NCBI GenBank assembly: GCA_964057225.1
Contig: OZ059900.1
Coordinates: 2,728,001-2,792,000, forward strand
Reading direction: 5' to 3'
DNA from: Auanema rhodensis
Lineage: Eukaryota > Animalia > Nematoda
DNA length: 64,000 nucleotides
The notes below the pieces were generated by a model. It saw only the letters and a list, made by a program, of their open reading frames with translations. It was not told where the DNA came from and searched no databases. The first letter of the stretch is position 1, and each line of letters opens with the position of its first letter. The position numbers and the translations under genes were made by a program. Positions 13,401 through 28,171 of this stretch are shown piece by piece.

Positions 13401-15994
13401 TAAATCGCTCATATATATGATCAAAAGCATAGTTTTATTGTCTATGACAACAAAAGTCATCAATTAAACGCTAGTGATGTTTAAATACTGAATTTCGCTC
13501 AAATAGCATTACTACACTAAGTATGGTCGTTTTTATGACTTTAACACCATATACTCACCGATTTTTGGTACAAAATCTGTAATACTCGTAAATTTTGATC
13601 ATATTCGTTAAGATTTGAGAATCAAACATACAATACACAAAATCAGTCTATTTTTATGAGCTTGCACTGATATATATTCATTTTGATCAAAAAAGGTCGA
13701 AAATAGAAAGAATTTTTGAAATTTACGAGTTTTGAGTCTAATTTGGCTAAATCGCTCATATATATGATCAGAAGCATAGTTTTATTGTCTATGACAACAA
13801 AAGTCATTAGTTAAACACTAATGATGTTTAAATCACTAAATTTCGCTCAAATAGCATTACTACACTAAGTATGGTCGTTTTTATGCCTTTAACACCATAT
13901 ACTCACCGATTTTTGGTACAAAATCTGTAATACTTGTAAATTTTGATCATATTTGTTAAGATTCGAGAATCAAACACATAATACACGAAATAAGTCTATT
14001 TTTATGAGTTTGCACTGATATTTATTCATTTTGATCAAAAAAGGTCGAAAATAGAAAGAATTTTTGAATTTTCCGAGTTTTGAGTCCAATTGGGCTAAAT
14101 CGCTCATATATATGATCAAAAGCATAGTTTTACTGTCTATGATAACAAAAGTCTTCAAATATACACTAATAATGATTTAATCACTGAATTTCACTCAAAT
14201 AGCATTACTACACTAAGTATGGTCCTTTTTTATGCCTTTAACACCATATACTCACCGATTTTTGGTACAAAATCTGTAATACTCGTAAATTTTGATCATA
14301 TTCGTTAAGATTTGAGAATCAAACATACAATACACAAAATCAGTCTATTTTTATGAGCTTGCACTGATATATATTCATTTTGATCAAAAAAGGTCGAAAA
14401 TAGAAAGAATTTTTGAAATTTCCGAGTTTTGAGTCTAATTTGGCTAAATCGCTCATATATATGATCAAAAGCATAGTTTTACTGTCTATGATAACAAAAG
14501 TCTTCAAATATACACTAATAATGATTAAATCACTGAATTTCAGTCAAATAGCATTACTACACTAAGTATGGTCGTTTTTATGCCTTTAACACCATATACT
14601 CACCGATTTTTGGTACAAAATCTGTAATACTCGTAAATTTTGATCATATTCGTTAAGATTTGAAAATCAAACACACAATAAACAAAATCAGTCTATTTTT
14701 ATGAGTTTGCACTGATATATATTCATTTTGATCAAAAAAGGTCGAAAATAGAAAGAATTTTTGAATTTTCCGAGTTTTGAGTCCAATTGGGCTAAATCGC
14801 TCATATATATGATCAAAAGCATAGTTTTACTGTCTATGATAACAAAAGTCTTCAAATATACACTAATAATGATTTAATCACTGAATTTCACTCAAATAGC
14901 ATTACTACACTAAGTATGGTCGTTTTTATGCCTTTAACACCATATACTCACCGATTTTTGGTACAAAATCTGTGATACTCGTAAATTTTGATCATATTCG
15001 GTGAGATTCGAGGATCGAACACACAATACACGAAATAAGTTTATTTTTACGAGTTTGCACTGATATTTATTCATTTTTATCAAAAAAGGTCGAAAATAGA
15101 AAGAATTTTTGAAATTTCCGAGTTTTGAGTCTAATTTGGCTAAATCGCTCATATATATGATCAAATGCATAGTTTTACTGTCTATGATAACAAAAGTCTT
15201 CAAATATACACTAATAATGTGTAAATCACTGAATTTCACTCAAATAGCTTTACTACACTAAGTATGGTCGTTTTTATGCCTTTAACACCATATACTCACC
15301 GATTTTTGGTACAAAATCTGTAATACTCGTAAATTTTGATCATATTCGTTAAGATTTGAGAATCAAACATACAATACACAAAATCAGTCTATTTTTATAA
15401 GCTTGCACTGATATATATTCATTTTGATCAAAAAAGGTCGAAAATAGAAAGAATTTTTGAAATTTACGAGTTTTGAGTCTAATTTGGCTAAATCGCTCAT
15501 ATATATGATCAAAAGCATAGTTTTACTGTCTATGATAACAAAAGTCTTCAAATATACACTAATAATGATTTAATCACTGAATTTCACTCAAATAGCATTA
15601 CTACACTAAGTATGGTCGTTTTTATGCCTTTAACACCATATACTCACCGATTTTTGGTACAAAATCTGTGATACTCGTAAATTTTGATCATATTCGGTGA
15701 GATTCGAGGATCGAACACACAATACACGAAATAAGTTTATTTTTACGAGTTTGCACTGATATTTATTCATTTTTTTCAAAAAAGGTCGAAAATAGAAAGA
15801 ATTTTTGAATTTTCCGAGTTTTGAGTCCAATTGGGCTAAATCGCTCATATATATGATCAAAAGCATAGTTTTACTGTCTATGATAACAAAAGTCTTCAAA
15901 TATACACTAATAATGATTAAATCACTGAATTTCACTCAAATAGCATTACTACACTAAGTATGGTCGTTTTTATGCCTTTAACACCATATACTCA
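10427..15994. repeat. 8-monomer higher-order repeat, period 2784 bp, 2 copies (domain II)
   Basis: ORF pairs 10491/13275, 11186/13970 and 12150/14934 are offset by 2784 bp. The markers ATGACTTT, GGTCCTTTTTT and AAATGCATAG occur in the same order in both copies. Confidence 0.92.
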
Positions 15995-16342
15995 CCGATT
16001 TTTGGTACAAAATCTGTGATACTCGTAAATTTTGATCATATTCGGTGAGATTCGAGAATCAAACACACAATACACGAAATAAGTTTATTTTTACGAGTTT
16101 GCACTGATATTTATTCATTTTGATCAAAAAAGGTCGAAAATAGAAAGAATTTTTGAAATTTCCGAGTTTTGAGTCTAATTTGGCTAAATCGCTCATATAT
16201 ATGATCAGAAGCATAGTTTTATTGTCTATGACAACAAAAGTCATTAGTTAAACACTAATGATGTTTAAATCACTAAATTTCGCTCAAATAGCATTACTAC
16301 ACTAAGTATGGTCGTTTTTATGCCTTTAACACCATATACTCA

Positions 16343-19300
16343 CCGATTTTTGGTACAAAATCTGTAATACTTGTAAATTTTGATCATATTTGTTAAGATT
16401 CGAGAATCAAACACATAATACACGAAATAAGTCTATTTTTATGAGTTTGCACTGATATTTATTCATTTTGATCAAAAAAGGTCGAAAATAGAAAGAATTT
16501 TTGAATTTTCCGAGTTTTGAGTCCAATTGGGCTAAATCGCTCATATATATGATCAAAAGCATAGTTTTACTGTCTATGATAACAAAAGTCTTCAAATATA
16601 CACTAATAATGATTTAATCACTGAATTTCACTCAAATAGCATTACTACACTAAGTATGGTCCTTTTTTATGCCTTTAACACCATATACTCACCGATTTTT
16701 GGTACAAAATCTGTAATACTCGTAAATTTTGATCATATTCGTTAAGATTTGAGAATCAAACATACAATACACAAAATCAGTCTATTTTTATGAGCTTGCA
16801 CTGATATATATTCATTTTGATCAAAAAAGGTCGAAAATAGAAAGAATTTTTGAAATTTCCGAGTTTTGAGTCTAATTTGGCTAAATCGCTCATATATATG
16901 ATCAAAAGCATAGTTTTACTGTCTATGATAACAAAAGTCTTCAAATATACACTAATAATGATTAAATCACTGAATTTCAGTCAAATAGCATTACTACACT
17001 AAGTATGGTCGTTTTTATGCCTTTAACACCATATACTCACCGATTTTTGGTACAAAATCTGTAATACTCGTAAATTTTGATCATATTCGTTAAGATTTGA
17101 AAATCAAACACACAATAAACAAAATCAGTCTATTTTTATGAGTTTGCACTGATATATATTCATTTTGATCAAAAAAGGTCGAAAATAGAAAGAATTTTTG
17201 AATTTTCCGAGTTTTGAGTCCAATTGGGCTAAATCGCTCATATATATGATCAAAAGCATAGTTTTACTGTCTATGATAACAAAAGTCTTCAAATATACAC
17301 TAATAATGATTTAATCACTGAATTTCACTCAAATAGCATTACTACACTAAGTATGGTCGTTTTTATGCCTTTAACACCATATACTCACCGATTTTTGGTA
17401 CAAAATCTGTGATACTCGTAAATTTTGATCATATTCGGTGAGATTCGAGGATCGAACACACAATACACGAAATAAGTTTATTTTTACGAGTTTGCACTGA
17501 TATTTATTCATTTTTATCAAAAAAGGTCGAAAATAGAAAGAATTTTTGAAATTTCCGAGTTTTGAGTCTAATTTGGCTAAATCGCTCATATATATGATCA
17601 AATGCATAGTTTTACTGTCTATGATAACAAAAGTCTTCAAATATACACTAATAATGTGTAAATCACTGAATTTCACTCAAATAGCTTTACTACACTAAGT
17701 ATGGTCGTTTTTATGCCTTTAACACCATATACTCACCGATTTTTGGTACAAAATCTGTAATACTCGTAAATTTTGATCATATTCGTTAAGATTTGAGAAT
17801 CAAACATACAATACACAAAATCAGTCTATTTTTATAAGCTTGCACTGATATATATTCATTTTGATCAAAAAAGGTCGAAAATAGAAAGAATTTTTGAAAT
17901 TTACGAGTTTTGAGTCTAATTTGGCTAAATCGCTCATATATATGATCAAAAGCATAGTTTTACTGTCTATGATAACAAAAGTCTTCAAATATACACTAAT
18001 AATGTGTAAATCACTGAATTTCACTCAAATAGCTTTACTACACTAAGTTTGGTCGTTTTTATGCCTTTAACACCATATACTCACCGATTTTTGGTACAAA
18101 ATCTGTAATACTCGTAAATTTTGATCATATTCGTTAAGATTTGAGAATCAAACATACAATACACAAAATCAGTCTATTTTTATAAGCTTGCACTGATATA
18201 TATTCATTTTGATCAAAAAAGGTCGAAAATAGAAAGAATTTTTGAAATTTCCGAGTTTTGAGTCTAATTTGGCTAAATCGCTCATATACATGATCAGAAG
18301 CATAGTTTCATTGTCTATGACAACAAAAGTCATCAATTAAACGCTAGTGATGTTTAAATACTGATTTTCGCTCAAATAGCATTACTACACTAAGTATGGT
18401 CGTTTTTATGCCTTTAACACCATATACTCACCGATTTTTGGTACAAAATCTGTAATACTCGTAAATTTTGATCATATTCGTTAAGATTTGAAAATCAAAC
18501 ACACAATAAACAAAATCAGTCTATTTTTATGAGTTTGCACTGATATATATTCATTTTGATCAAAAAAGGTCGAAAATAGAAAGAATTTTTGAAATTTCCG
18601 AGTTTTGAGTCTAATTTGGCTAAATCGCTCATATATATGATCAAAAGCATAGTTTTACTGTCTATGATAACAAAAGTCTTCAAATATACACTAATAATGA
18701 TTAAATCACTGAATTTCACTCAAATAGCATTACTACACTAAGTATGGTCGTTTTTATGCCTTTAACACCATATACTCACCGATTTTTGGTACAAAATCTG
18801 TGATACTCGTAAATTTTGATCATATTCGGTGAGATTCGAGAATCAAACACACAATACACGAAATAAGTTTATTTTTACGAGTTTGCACTGATATTTATTC
18901 ATTTTGATCAAAAAAGGTCGAAAATAGAAAGAATTTTTGAAATTTCCGAGTTTTGAGTCTAATTTGGCTAAATCGCTCATATATATGATCAAAAGCATAG
19001 TTTTATTGTCTATGACAACAAAAGTCATCAATTAAACGCTAGTGATGTTTAAATACTGAATTTCGCTCAAATAGCATTACTACACTAAGTATGGTCGTTT
19101 TTATGACTTTAACACCATATACTCACCGATTTTTGGTACAAAATCTGTAATACTCGTAAATTTTGATCATATTCGTTAAGATTTGAGAATCAAACATACA
19201 ATACACAAAATCAGTCTATTTTTATGAGCTTGCACTGATATATATTCATTTTGATCAAAAAAGGTCGAAAATAGAAAGAATTTTTGAAATTTACGAGTTT

Positions 19301-22300
19301 TGAGTCTAATTTGGCTAAATCGCTCATATATATGATCAGAAGCATAGTTTTATTGTCTATGACAACAAAAGTCATTAGTTAAACACTAATGATGTTTAAA
19401 TCACTAAATTTCGCTCAAATAGCATTACTACACTAAGTATGGTCGTTTTTATGCCTTTAACACCATATACTCACCGATTTTTGGTACAAAATCTGTAATA
19501 CTTGTAAATTTTGATCATATTTGTTAAGATTCGAGAATCAAACACATAATACACGAAATAAGTCTATTTTTATGAGTTTGCACTGATATTTATTCATTTT
19601 GATCAAAAAAGGTCGAAAATAGAAAGAATTTTTGAATTTTCCGAGTTTTGAGTCCAATTGCGCTAAATCGCTCATATATATGATCAAAAGCATAGTTTTA
19701 CTGTCTATGATAACAAAAGTCTTCAAATATACACTAATAATGATTTAATCACTGAATTTCACTCAAATAGCATTACTACACTAAGTATGGTCCTTTTTTA
19801 TGCCTTTAACACCATATACTCACCGATTTTTGGTACAAAATCTGTAATACTCGTAAATTTTGATCATATTCGTTAAGATTTGAGAATCAAACATACAATA
19901 CACAAAATCAGTCTATTTTTATGAGCTTGCACTGATATATATTCATTTTGATCAAAAAAGGTCGAAAATAGAAAGAATTTTTGAAATTTCCGAGTTTTGA
20001 GTCTAATTTGGCTAAATCGCTCATATATATGATCAAAAGCATAGTTTTACTGTCTATGATAACAAAAGTCTTCAAATATACACTAATAATGATTAAATCA
20101 CTGAATTTCAGTCAAATAGCATTACTACACTAAGTATGGTCGTTTTTATGCCTTTAACACCATATACTCACCGATTTTTGGTACAAAATCTGTAATACTC
20201 GTAAATTTTGATCATATTCGTTAAGATTTGAAAATCAAACACACAATAAACAAAATCAGTCTATTTTTATGAGTTTGCACTGATATATATTCATTTTGAT
20301 CAAAAAAGGTCGAAAATAGAAAGAATTTTTGAATTTTCCGAGTTTTGAGTCCAATTGGGCTAAATCGCTCATATATATGATCAAAAGCATAGTTTTACTG
20401 TCTATGATAACAAAAGTCTTCAAATATACACTAATAATGATTTAATCACTGAATTTCACTCAAATAGCATTACTACACTAAGTATGGTCGTTTTTATGCC
20501 TTTAACACCATATACTCACCGATTTTTGGTACAAAATCTGTGATACTCGTAAATTTTGATCATATTCGGTGAGATTCGAGGATCGAACACACAATACACG
20601 AAATAAGTTTATTTTTACGAGTTTGCACTGATATTTATTCATTTTTATCAAAAAAGGTCGAAAATAGAAAGAATTTTTGAAATTTCCGAGTTTTGAGTCT
20701 AATTTGGCTAAATCGCTCATATATATGATCAAATGCATAGTTTTACTGTCTATGATAACAAAAGTCTTCAAATATACACTAATAATGTGTAAATCACTGA
20801 ATTTCACTCAAATAGCTTTACTACACTAAGTATGGTCGTTTTTATGCCTTTAACACCATATACTCACCGATTTTTGGTACAAAATCTGTAATACTCGTAA
20901 ATTTTGATCATATTCGTTAAGATTTGAGAATCAAACATACAATACACAAAATCAGTCTATTTTTATAAGCTTGCACTGATATATATTCATTTTGATCAAA
21001 AAAGGTCGAAAATAGAAAGAATTTTTGAAATTTACGAGTTTTGAGTCTAATTTGGCTAAATCGCTCATATATATGATCAAAAGCATAGTTTTACTGTCTA
21101 TGATAACAAAAGTCTTCAAATATACACTAATAATGTGTAAATCACTGAATTTCACTCAAATAGCTTTACTACACTAAGTTTGGTCGTTTTTATGCCTTTA
21201 ACACCATATACTCACCGATTTTTGGTACAAAATCTGTAATACTCGTAAATTTTGATCATATTCGTTAAGATTTGAGAATCAAACATACAATACACAAAAT
21301 CAGTCTATTTTTATAAGCTTGCACTGATATATATTCATTTTGATCAAAAAAGGTCGAAAATAGAAAGAATTTTTGAAATTTCCGAGTTTTGAGTCTAATT
21401 TGGCTAAATCGCTCATATACATGATCAGAAGCATAGTTTCATTGTCTATGACAACAAAAGTCATCAATTAAACGCTAGTGATGTTTAAATACTGATTTTC
21501 GCTCAAATAGCATTACTACACTAAGTATGGTCGTTTTTATGCCTTTAACACCATATACTCACCGATTTTTGGTACAAAATCTGTAATACTCGTAAATTTT
21601 GATCATATTCGTTAAGATTTGAAAATCAAACACACAATAAACAAAATCAGTCTATTTTTATGAGTTTGCACTGATATATATTCATTTTGATCAAAAAAGG
21701 TCGAAAATAGAAAGAATTTTTGAAATTTCCGAGTTTTGAGTCTAATTTGGCTAAATCGCTCATATATATGATCAAAAGCATAGTTTTACTGTCTATGATA
21801 ACAAAAGTCTTCAAATATACACTAATAATGATTAAATCACTGAATTTCACTCAAATAGCATTACTACACTAAGTATGGTCGTTTTTATGCCTTTAACACC
21901 ATATACTCACCGATTTTTGGTACAAAATCTGTGATACTCGTAAATTTTGATCATATTCGGTGAGATTCGAGAATCAAACACACAATACACGAAATAAGTT
22001 TATTTTTACAAGTTTGCACTGATATTTATTCATTTTGATCAAAAAAGGTCGAAAATAGAAAGAATTTTTGAAATTTCCGAGTTTTGAGTCTAATTTGGCT
22101 AAATCGCTCATATATATGATCAAAAGCATAGTTTTATTGTCTATGACAACAAAAGTCATCAATTAAACGCTAGTGATGTTTAAATACTGAATTTCGCTCA
22201 AATAGCATTACTACACTAAGTATGGTCGTTTTTATGACTTTAACACCATATACTCACCGATTTTTGGTACAAAATCTGTAATACTCGTAAATTTTGATCA

Positions 22301-24260
22301 TATTCGTTAAGATTTGAGAATCAAACATACAATACACAAAATCAGTCTATTTTTATGAGCTTGCACTGATATATATTCATTTTGATCAAAAAAGGTCGAA
22401 AATAGAAAGAATTTTTGAAATTTACGAGTTTTGAGTCTAATTTGGCTAAATCGCTCATATATATGATCAGAAGCATAGTTTTATTGTCTATGACAACAAA
22501 AGTCATTAGTTAAACACTAATGATGTTTAAATCACTAAATTTCGCTCAAATAGCATTACTACACTAAGTATGGTCGTTTTTATGCCTTTAACACCATATA
22601 CTCACCGATTTTTGGTACAAAATCTGTAATACTTGTAAATTTTGATCATATTTGTTAAGATTCGAGAATCAAACACATAATACACGAAATAAGTCTATTT
22701 TTATGAGTTTGCACTGATATTTATTCATTTTGATCAAAAAAGGTCGAAAAATAGAAAGAATTTTTGAATTTTCCGAGTTTTGAGTCCAATTGGGCTAAAT
22801 CGCTCATATATATGATCAAAAGCATAGTTTTACTGTCTATGATAACAAAAGTCTTCAAATATACACTAATAATGATTTAATCACTGAATTTCACTCAAAT
22901 AGCATTACTACACTAAGTATGGTCCTTTTTTATGCCTTTAACACCATATACTCACCGATTTTTGGTACAAAATCTGTAATACTCGTAAATTTTGATCATA
23001 TTCGTTAAGATTTGAGAATCAAACATACAATACACAAAATCAGTCTATTTTTATGAGCTTGCACTGATATATATTCATTTTGATCAAAAAAGGTCGAAAA
23101 TAGAAAGAATTTTTGAAATTTCCGAGTTTTGAGTCTAATTTGGCTAAATCGCTCATATATATGATCAAAAGCATAGTTTTACTGTCTATGATAACAAAAG
23201 TCTTCAAATATACACTAATAATGATTAAATCACTGAATTTCAGTCAAATAGCATTACTACACTAAGTATGGTCGTTTTTATGCCTTTAACACCATATACT
23301 CACCGATTTTTGGTACAAAATCTGTAATACTCGTAAATTTTGATCATATTCGTTAAGATTTGAAAATCAAACACACAATAAACAAAATCAGTCTATTTTT
23401 ATGAGTTTGCACTGATATATATTCATTTTGATCAAAAAAGGTCGAAAATAGAAAGAATTTTTGAATTTTCCGAGTTTTGAGTCCAATTGGGCTAAATCGC
23501 TCATATATATGATCAAAAGCATAGTTTTACTGTCTATGATAACAAAAGTCTTCAAATATACACTAATAATGATTTAATCACTGAATTTCACTCAAATAGC
23601 ATTACTACACTAAGTATGGTCGTTTTTATGCCTTTAACACCATATACTCACCGATTTTTGGTACAAAATCTGTGATACTCGTAAATTTTGATCATATTCG
23701 GTGAGATTCGAGGATCGAACACACAATACACGAAATAAGTTTATTTTTACGAGTTTGCACTGATATTTATTCATTTTTATCAAAAAAGGTCGAAAATAGA
23801 AAGAATTTTTGAAATTTCCGAGTTTTGAGTCTAATTTGGCTAAATCGCTCATATATATGATCAAATGCATAGTTTTACTGTCTATGATAACAAAAGTCTT
23901 CAAATATACACTAATAATGTGTAAATCACTGAATTTCACTCAAATAGCTTTACTACACTAAGTATGGTCGTTTTTATGCCTTTAACACCATATACTCACC
24001 GATTTTTGGTACAAAATCTGTAATACTCGTAAATTTTGATCATATTCGTTAAGATTTGAGAATCAAACATACAATACACAAAATCAGTCTATTTTTATAA
24101 GCTTGCACTGATATATATTCATTTTGATCAAAAAAGGTCGAAAATAGAAAGAATTTTTGAAATTTACGAGTTTTGAGTCTAATTTGGCTAAATCGCTCAT
24201 ATATATGATCAAAAGCATAGTTTTACTGTCTATGATAACAAAAGTCTTCAAATATACACT
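16343..24260. repeat. 9-monomer higher-order repeat, period 3131-3132 bp, ~2.5 copies
   Basis: ORF sets 16407/19538, 17371/20502/23634, 17821/20952, 18516/21647 and 18843/21974. The private variant CTAAGTTTGGTC is at 18049 and 21180 (offset 3131). The end coordinate is approximate. Confidence 0.92.
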
Positions 24261-26782
24261 AATAATGATTTAATCACTGAATTTCACTCAAATAGCATTA
24301 CTACACTAAGTATGGTCGTTTTTATGCCTTTAACACCATATACTCACCGATTTTTGGTACAAAATCTGTGATACTCGTAAATTTTGATCATATTCGGTGA
24401 GATTCGAGAATCAAACACACAATACACGAAATAAGTTTATTTTTACGAGTTTGCACTGATATTTATTCATTTTGATCAAAAAAGGTCGAAAATAGAAAGA
24501 ATTTTTGAAATTTCCGAGTTTTGAGTCTAATTTGGCTAAATCGCTCATATATATGATCAAAAGCATAGTTTTATTGTCTATGACAACAAAAGTCATCAAT
24601 TAAACGCTAGTGATGTTTAAATACTGAATTTCGCTCAAATAGCATTACTACACTAAGTATGGTCGTTTTTATGACTTTAACACCATATACTCACCGATTT
24701 TTGGTACAAAATCTGTAATACTCGTAAATTTTGATCATATTCGTTAAGATTTGAGAATCAAACATACAATACACAAAATCAGTCTATTTTTATGAGCTTG
24801 CACTGATATATATTCATTTTGATCAAAAAAGGTCGAAAATAGAAAGAATTTTTGAAATTTACGAGTTTTGAGTCTAATTTGGCTAAATCGCTCATATATA
24901 TGATCAGAAGCATAGTTTTATTGTCTATGACAACAAAAGTCATTAGTTAAACACTAATGATGTTTAAATCACTAAATTTCGCTCAAATAGCATTACTACA
25001 CTAAGTATGGTCGTTTTTATGCCTTTAACACCATATACTCACCGATTTTTGGTACAAAATCTGTAATACTTGTAAATTTTGATCATATTTGTTAAGATTC
25101 GAGAATCAAACACATAATACACGAAATAAGTCTATTTTTATGAGTTTGCACTGATATTTATTCATTTTGATCAAAAAAGGTCGAAAATAGAAAGAATTTT
25201 TGAATTTTCCGAGTTTTGAGTCCAATTGGGCTAAATCGCTCATATATATGATCAAAAGCATAGTTTTACTGTCTATGATAACAAAAGTCTTCAAATATAC
25301 ACTAATAATGATTTAATCACTGAATTTCACTCAAATAGCATTACTACACTAAGTATGGTCCTTTTTTATGCCTTTAACACCATATACTCACCGATTTTTG
25401 GTACAAAATCTGTAATACTCGTAAATTTTGATCATATTCGTTAAGATTTGAGAATCAAACATACAATACACAAAATCAGTCTATTTTTATGAGCTTGCAC
25501 TGATATATATTCATTTTGATCAAAAAAGGTCGAAAATAGAAAGAATTTTTGAAATTTCCGAGTTTTGAGTCTAATTTGGCTAAATCGCTCATATATATGA
25601 TCAAAAGCATAGTTTTACTGTCTATGATAACAAAAGTCTTCAAATATACACTAATAATGATTAAATCACTGAATTTCAGTCAAATAGCATTACTACACTA
25701 AGTATGGTCGTTTTTATGCCTTTAACACCATATACTCACCGATTTTTGGTACAAAATCTGTAATACTCGTAAATTTTGATCATATTCGTTAAGATTTGAA
25801 AATCAAACACACAATAAACAAAATCAGTCTATTTTTATGAGTTTGCACTGATATATATTCATTTTGATCAAAAAAGGTCGAAAATAGAAAGAATTTTTGA
25901 ATTTTCCGAGTTTTGAGTCCAATTGGGCTAAATCGCTCATATATATGATCAAAAGCATAGTTTTACTGTCTATGATAACAAAAGTCTTCAAATATACACT
26001 AATAATGATTTAATCACTGAATTTCACTCAAATAGCATTACTACACTAAGTATGGTCGTTTTTATGCCTTTAACACCATATACTCACCGATTTTTGGTAC
26101 AAAATCTGTGATACTCGTAAATTTTGATCATATTCGGTGAGATTCGAGGATCGAACACACAATACACGAAATAAGTTTATTTTTACGAGTTTGCACTGAT
26201 ATTTATTCATTTTTATCAAAAAAGGTCGAAAATAGAAAGAATTTTTGAAATTTCCGAGTTTTGAGTCTAATTTGGCTAAATCGCTCATATATATGATCAA
26301 ATGCATAGTTTTACTGTCTATGATAACAAAAGTCTTCAAATATACACTAATAATGTGTAAATCACTGAATTTCACTCAAATAGCTTTACTACACTAAGTA
26401 TGGTCGTTTTTATGCCTTTAACACCATATACTCACCGATTTTTGGTACAAAATCTGTAATACTCGTAAATTTTGATCATATTCGTTAAGATTTGAGAATC
26501 AAACATACAATACACAAAATCAGTCTATTTTTATAAGCTTGCACTGATATATATTCATTTTGATCAAAAAAGGTCGAAAATAGAAAGAATTTTTGAAATT
26601 TACGAGTTTTGAGTCTAATTTGGCTAAATCGCTCATATATATGATCAAAAGCATAGTTTTACTGTCTATGATAACAAAAGTCTTCAAATATACACTAATA
26701 ATGATTTAATCACTGAATTTCACTCAAATAGCATTACTACACTAAGTATGGTCGTTTTTATGCCTTTAACACCATATACTCA
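21910..26782. repeat. 7-monomer higher-order repeat, period 2436-2437 bp, 2 copies (overlaps the end of the 9-mer block)
   Basis: ORF pairs 21974/24411 and 23634/26070. The order of monomer types starting at 21910 repeats from 24347. Confidence 0.88.
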
Positions 26783-28171
26783 CCGATTTTTGGTACAAAA
26801 TCTGTAATACTTGTAAATTTTGATCATATTTGTTAAGATTCGAGAATCAAACACATAATACACGAAATAAGTTCATTTTTACAAGTTTGCACTGATATTT
26901 ATTCATTTTGATCAAAAAAGGTCGAAAATAGAAAGAATTTTTGAAATTTACGAGTTTTGAGTCTAATTTGGCTAAATCGCTCATATATATGATCAGAAGC
27001 ATAGTTTTATTGTCTATGACAACAAAAGTCATTAATTACACACTAATGATGTTTAAATACTGATTTTCGCTCAAATAGCATTACTACACTAAGTATGGTC
27101 GTTTTTATACCTTCAACACCATATACTCACCGATTTTTGGTACAAAATCTGTGATACTCGTAAATTTTGATCATATTCGTTAAGATTCGAGAATCAAACA
27201 CACAATACACGAAATGAGTTTATTTTCACGAGTTTGCACTGATATTTATTCATTTTGATCAAAAAAGGTCGAAAATAGAAAGAATTTTTGAATTTTCCGA
27301 GTTTTGAGTCCAATTGGGCTAAATCGCTCATATATATGATCAAAAGCATAGTTTTACTGTCTATGACAACAAAAGTCATCAATTAAACGCTAGTGATGTT
27401 TAAATACTGAATTTCGCTCAAATAGCATTACTACACTAAGGATGGTCGTTTTTATGCCTTTAACACCATATACTCACCGATTTTTGGTACAAAATCTGTG
27501 ATACTCGTAAATTTTGATCATATTCGTTAAGATTCAAGAATCAAACACACAATACACGAAATAAGTTCATTTTTACAAGTTTGCACTGATATTTATTCAT
27601 TTTGATCAAAAAAGGTCGAAAATAGAAAGAATTTTTGAAATTTACGAGTTTTGAGTCTAATTTGGCTAAATCGCTCATATATATGATCAGAAGCATAGTT
27701 TTATTGTCTATGACAACAAAAGTCATTAATTACACACTAATGATGTTTAAATACTGATTTTCGCTCAAATAGCATTACTACACTAAGTATGGTCGTTTTT
27801 ATACCTTCAACACCATATACTCACCGATTTTTGGTACAAAATCTGTGATACTCGTAAATTTTGATCATATTCGTTAAGATTCGAGAATCAAACACACAAT
27901 ACACGAAATGAGTTTATTTTCACGAGTTTGCACTGATATTTATTCATTTTGATCAAAAAAGGTCGAAAATAGAAAGAATTTTTGAATTTTCCGAGTTTTG
28001 AGTCCAATTGGGCTAAATCGCTCATATATATGATCAAAAGCATAGTTTTACTGTCTATGATAACAAAAGTCTTCAAATATACACTAGTAATGATTAAATC
28101 ACTGATTTTCACTCAAATAGCATTACTACACTAAGTATGGTCGTTTTTATGCCTTTAACACCATATACTCA
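26783..28171. repeat. 2-monomer local duplication, period 694 bp
   Basis: ORF pairs 26847/27541 and 27194/27888. The markers TATACCTTCAAC and GAAATGAGTTTATTTTCACG each occur twice, 694 bp apart. Confidence 0.88.
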
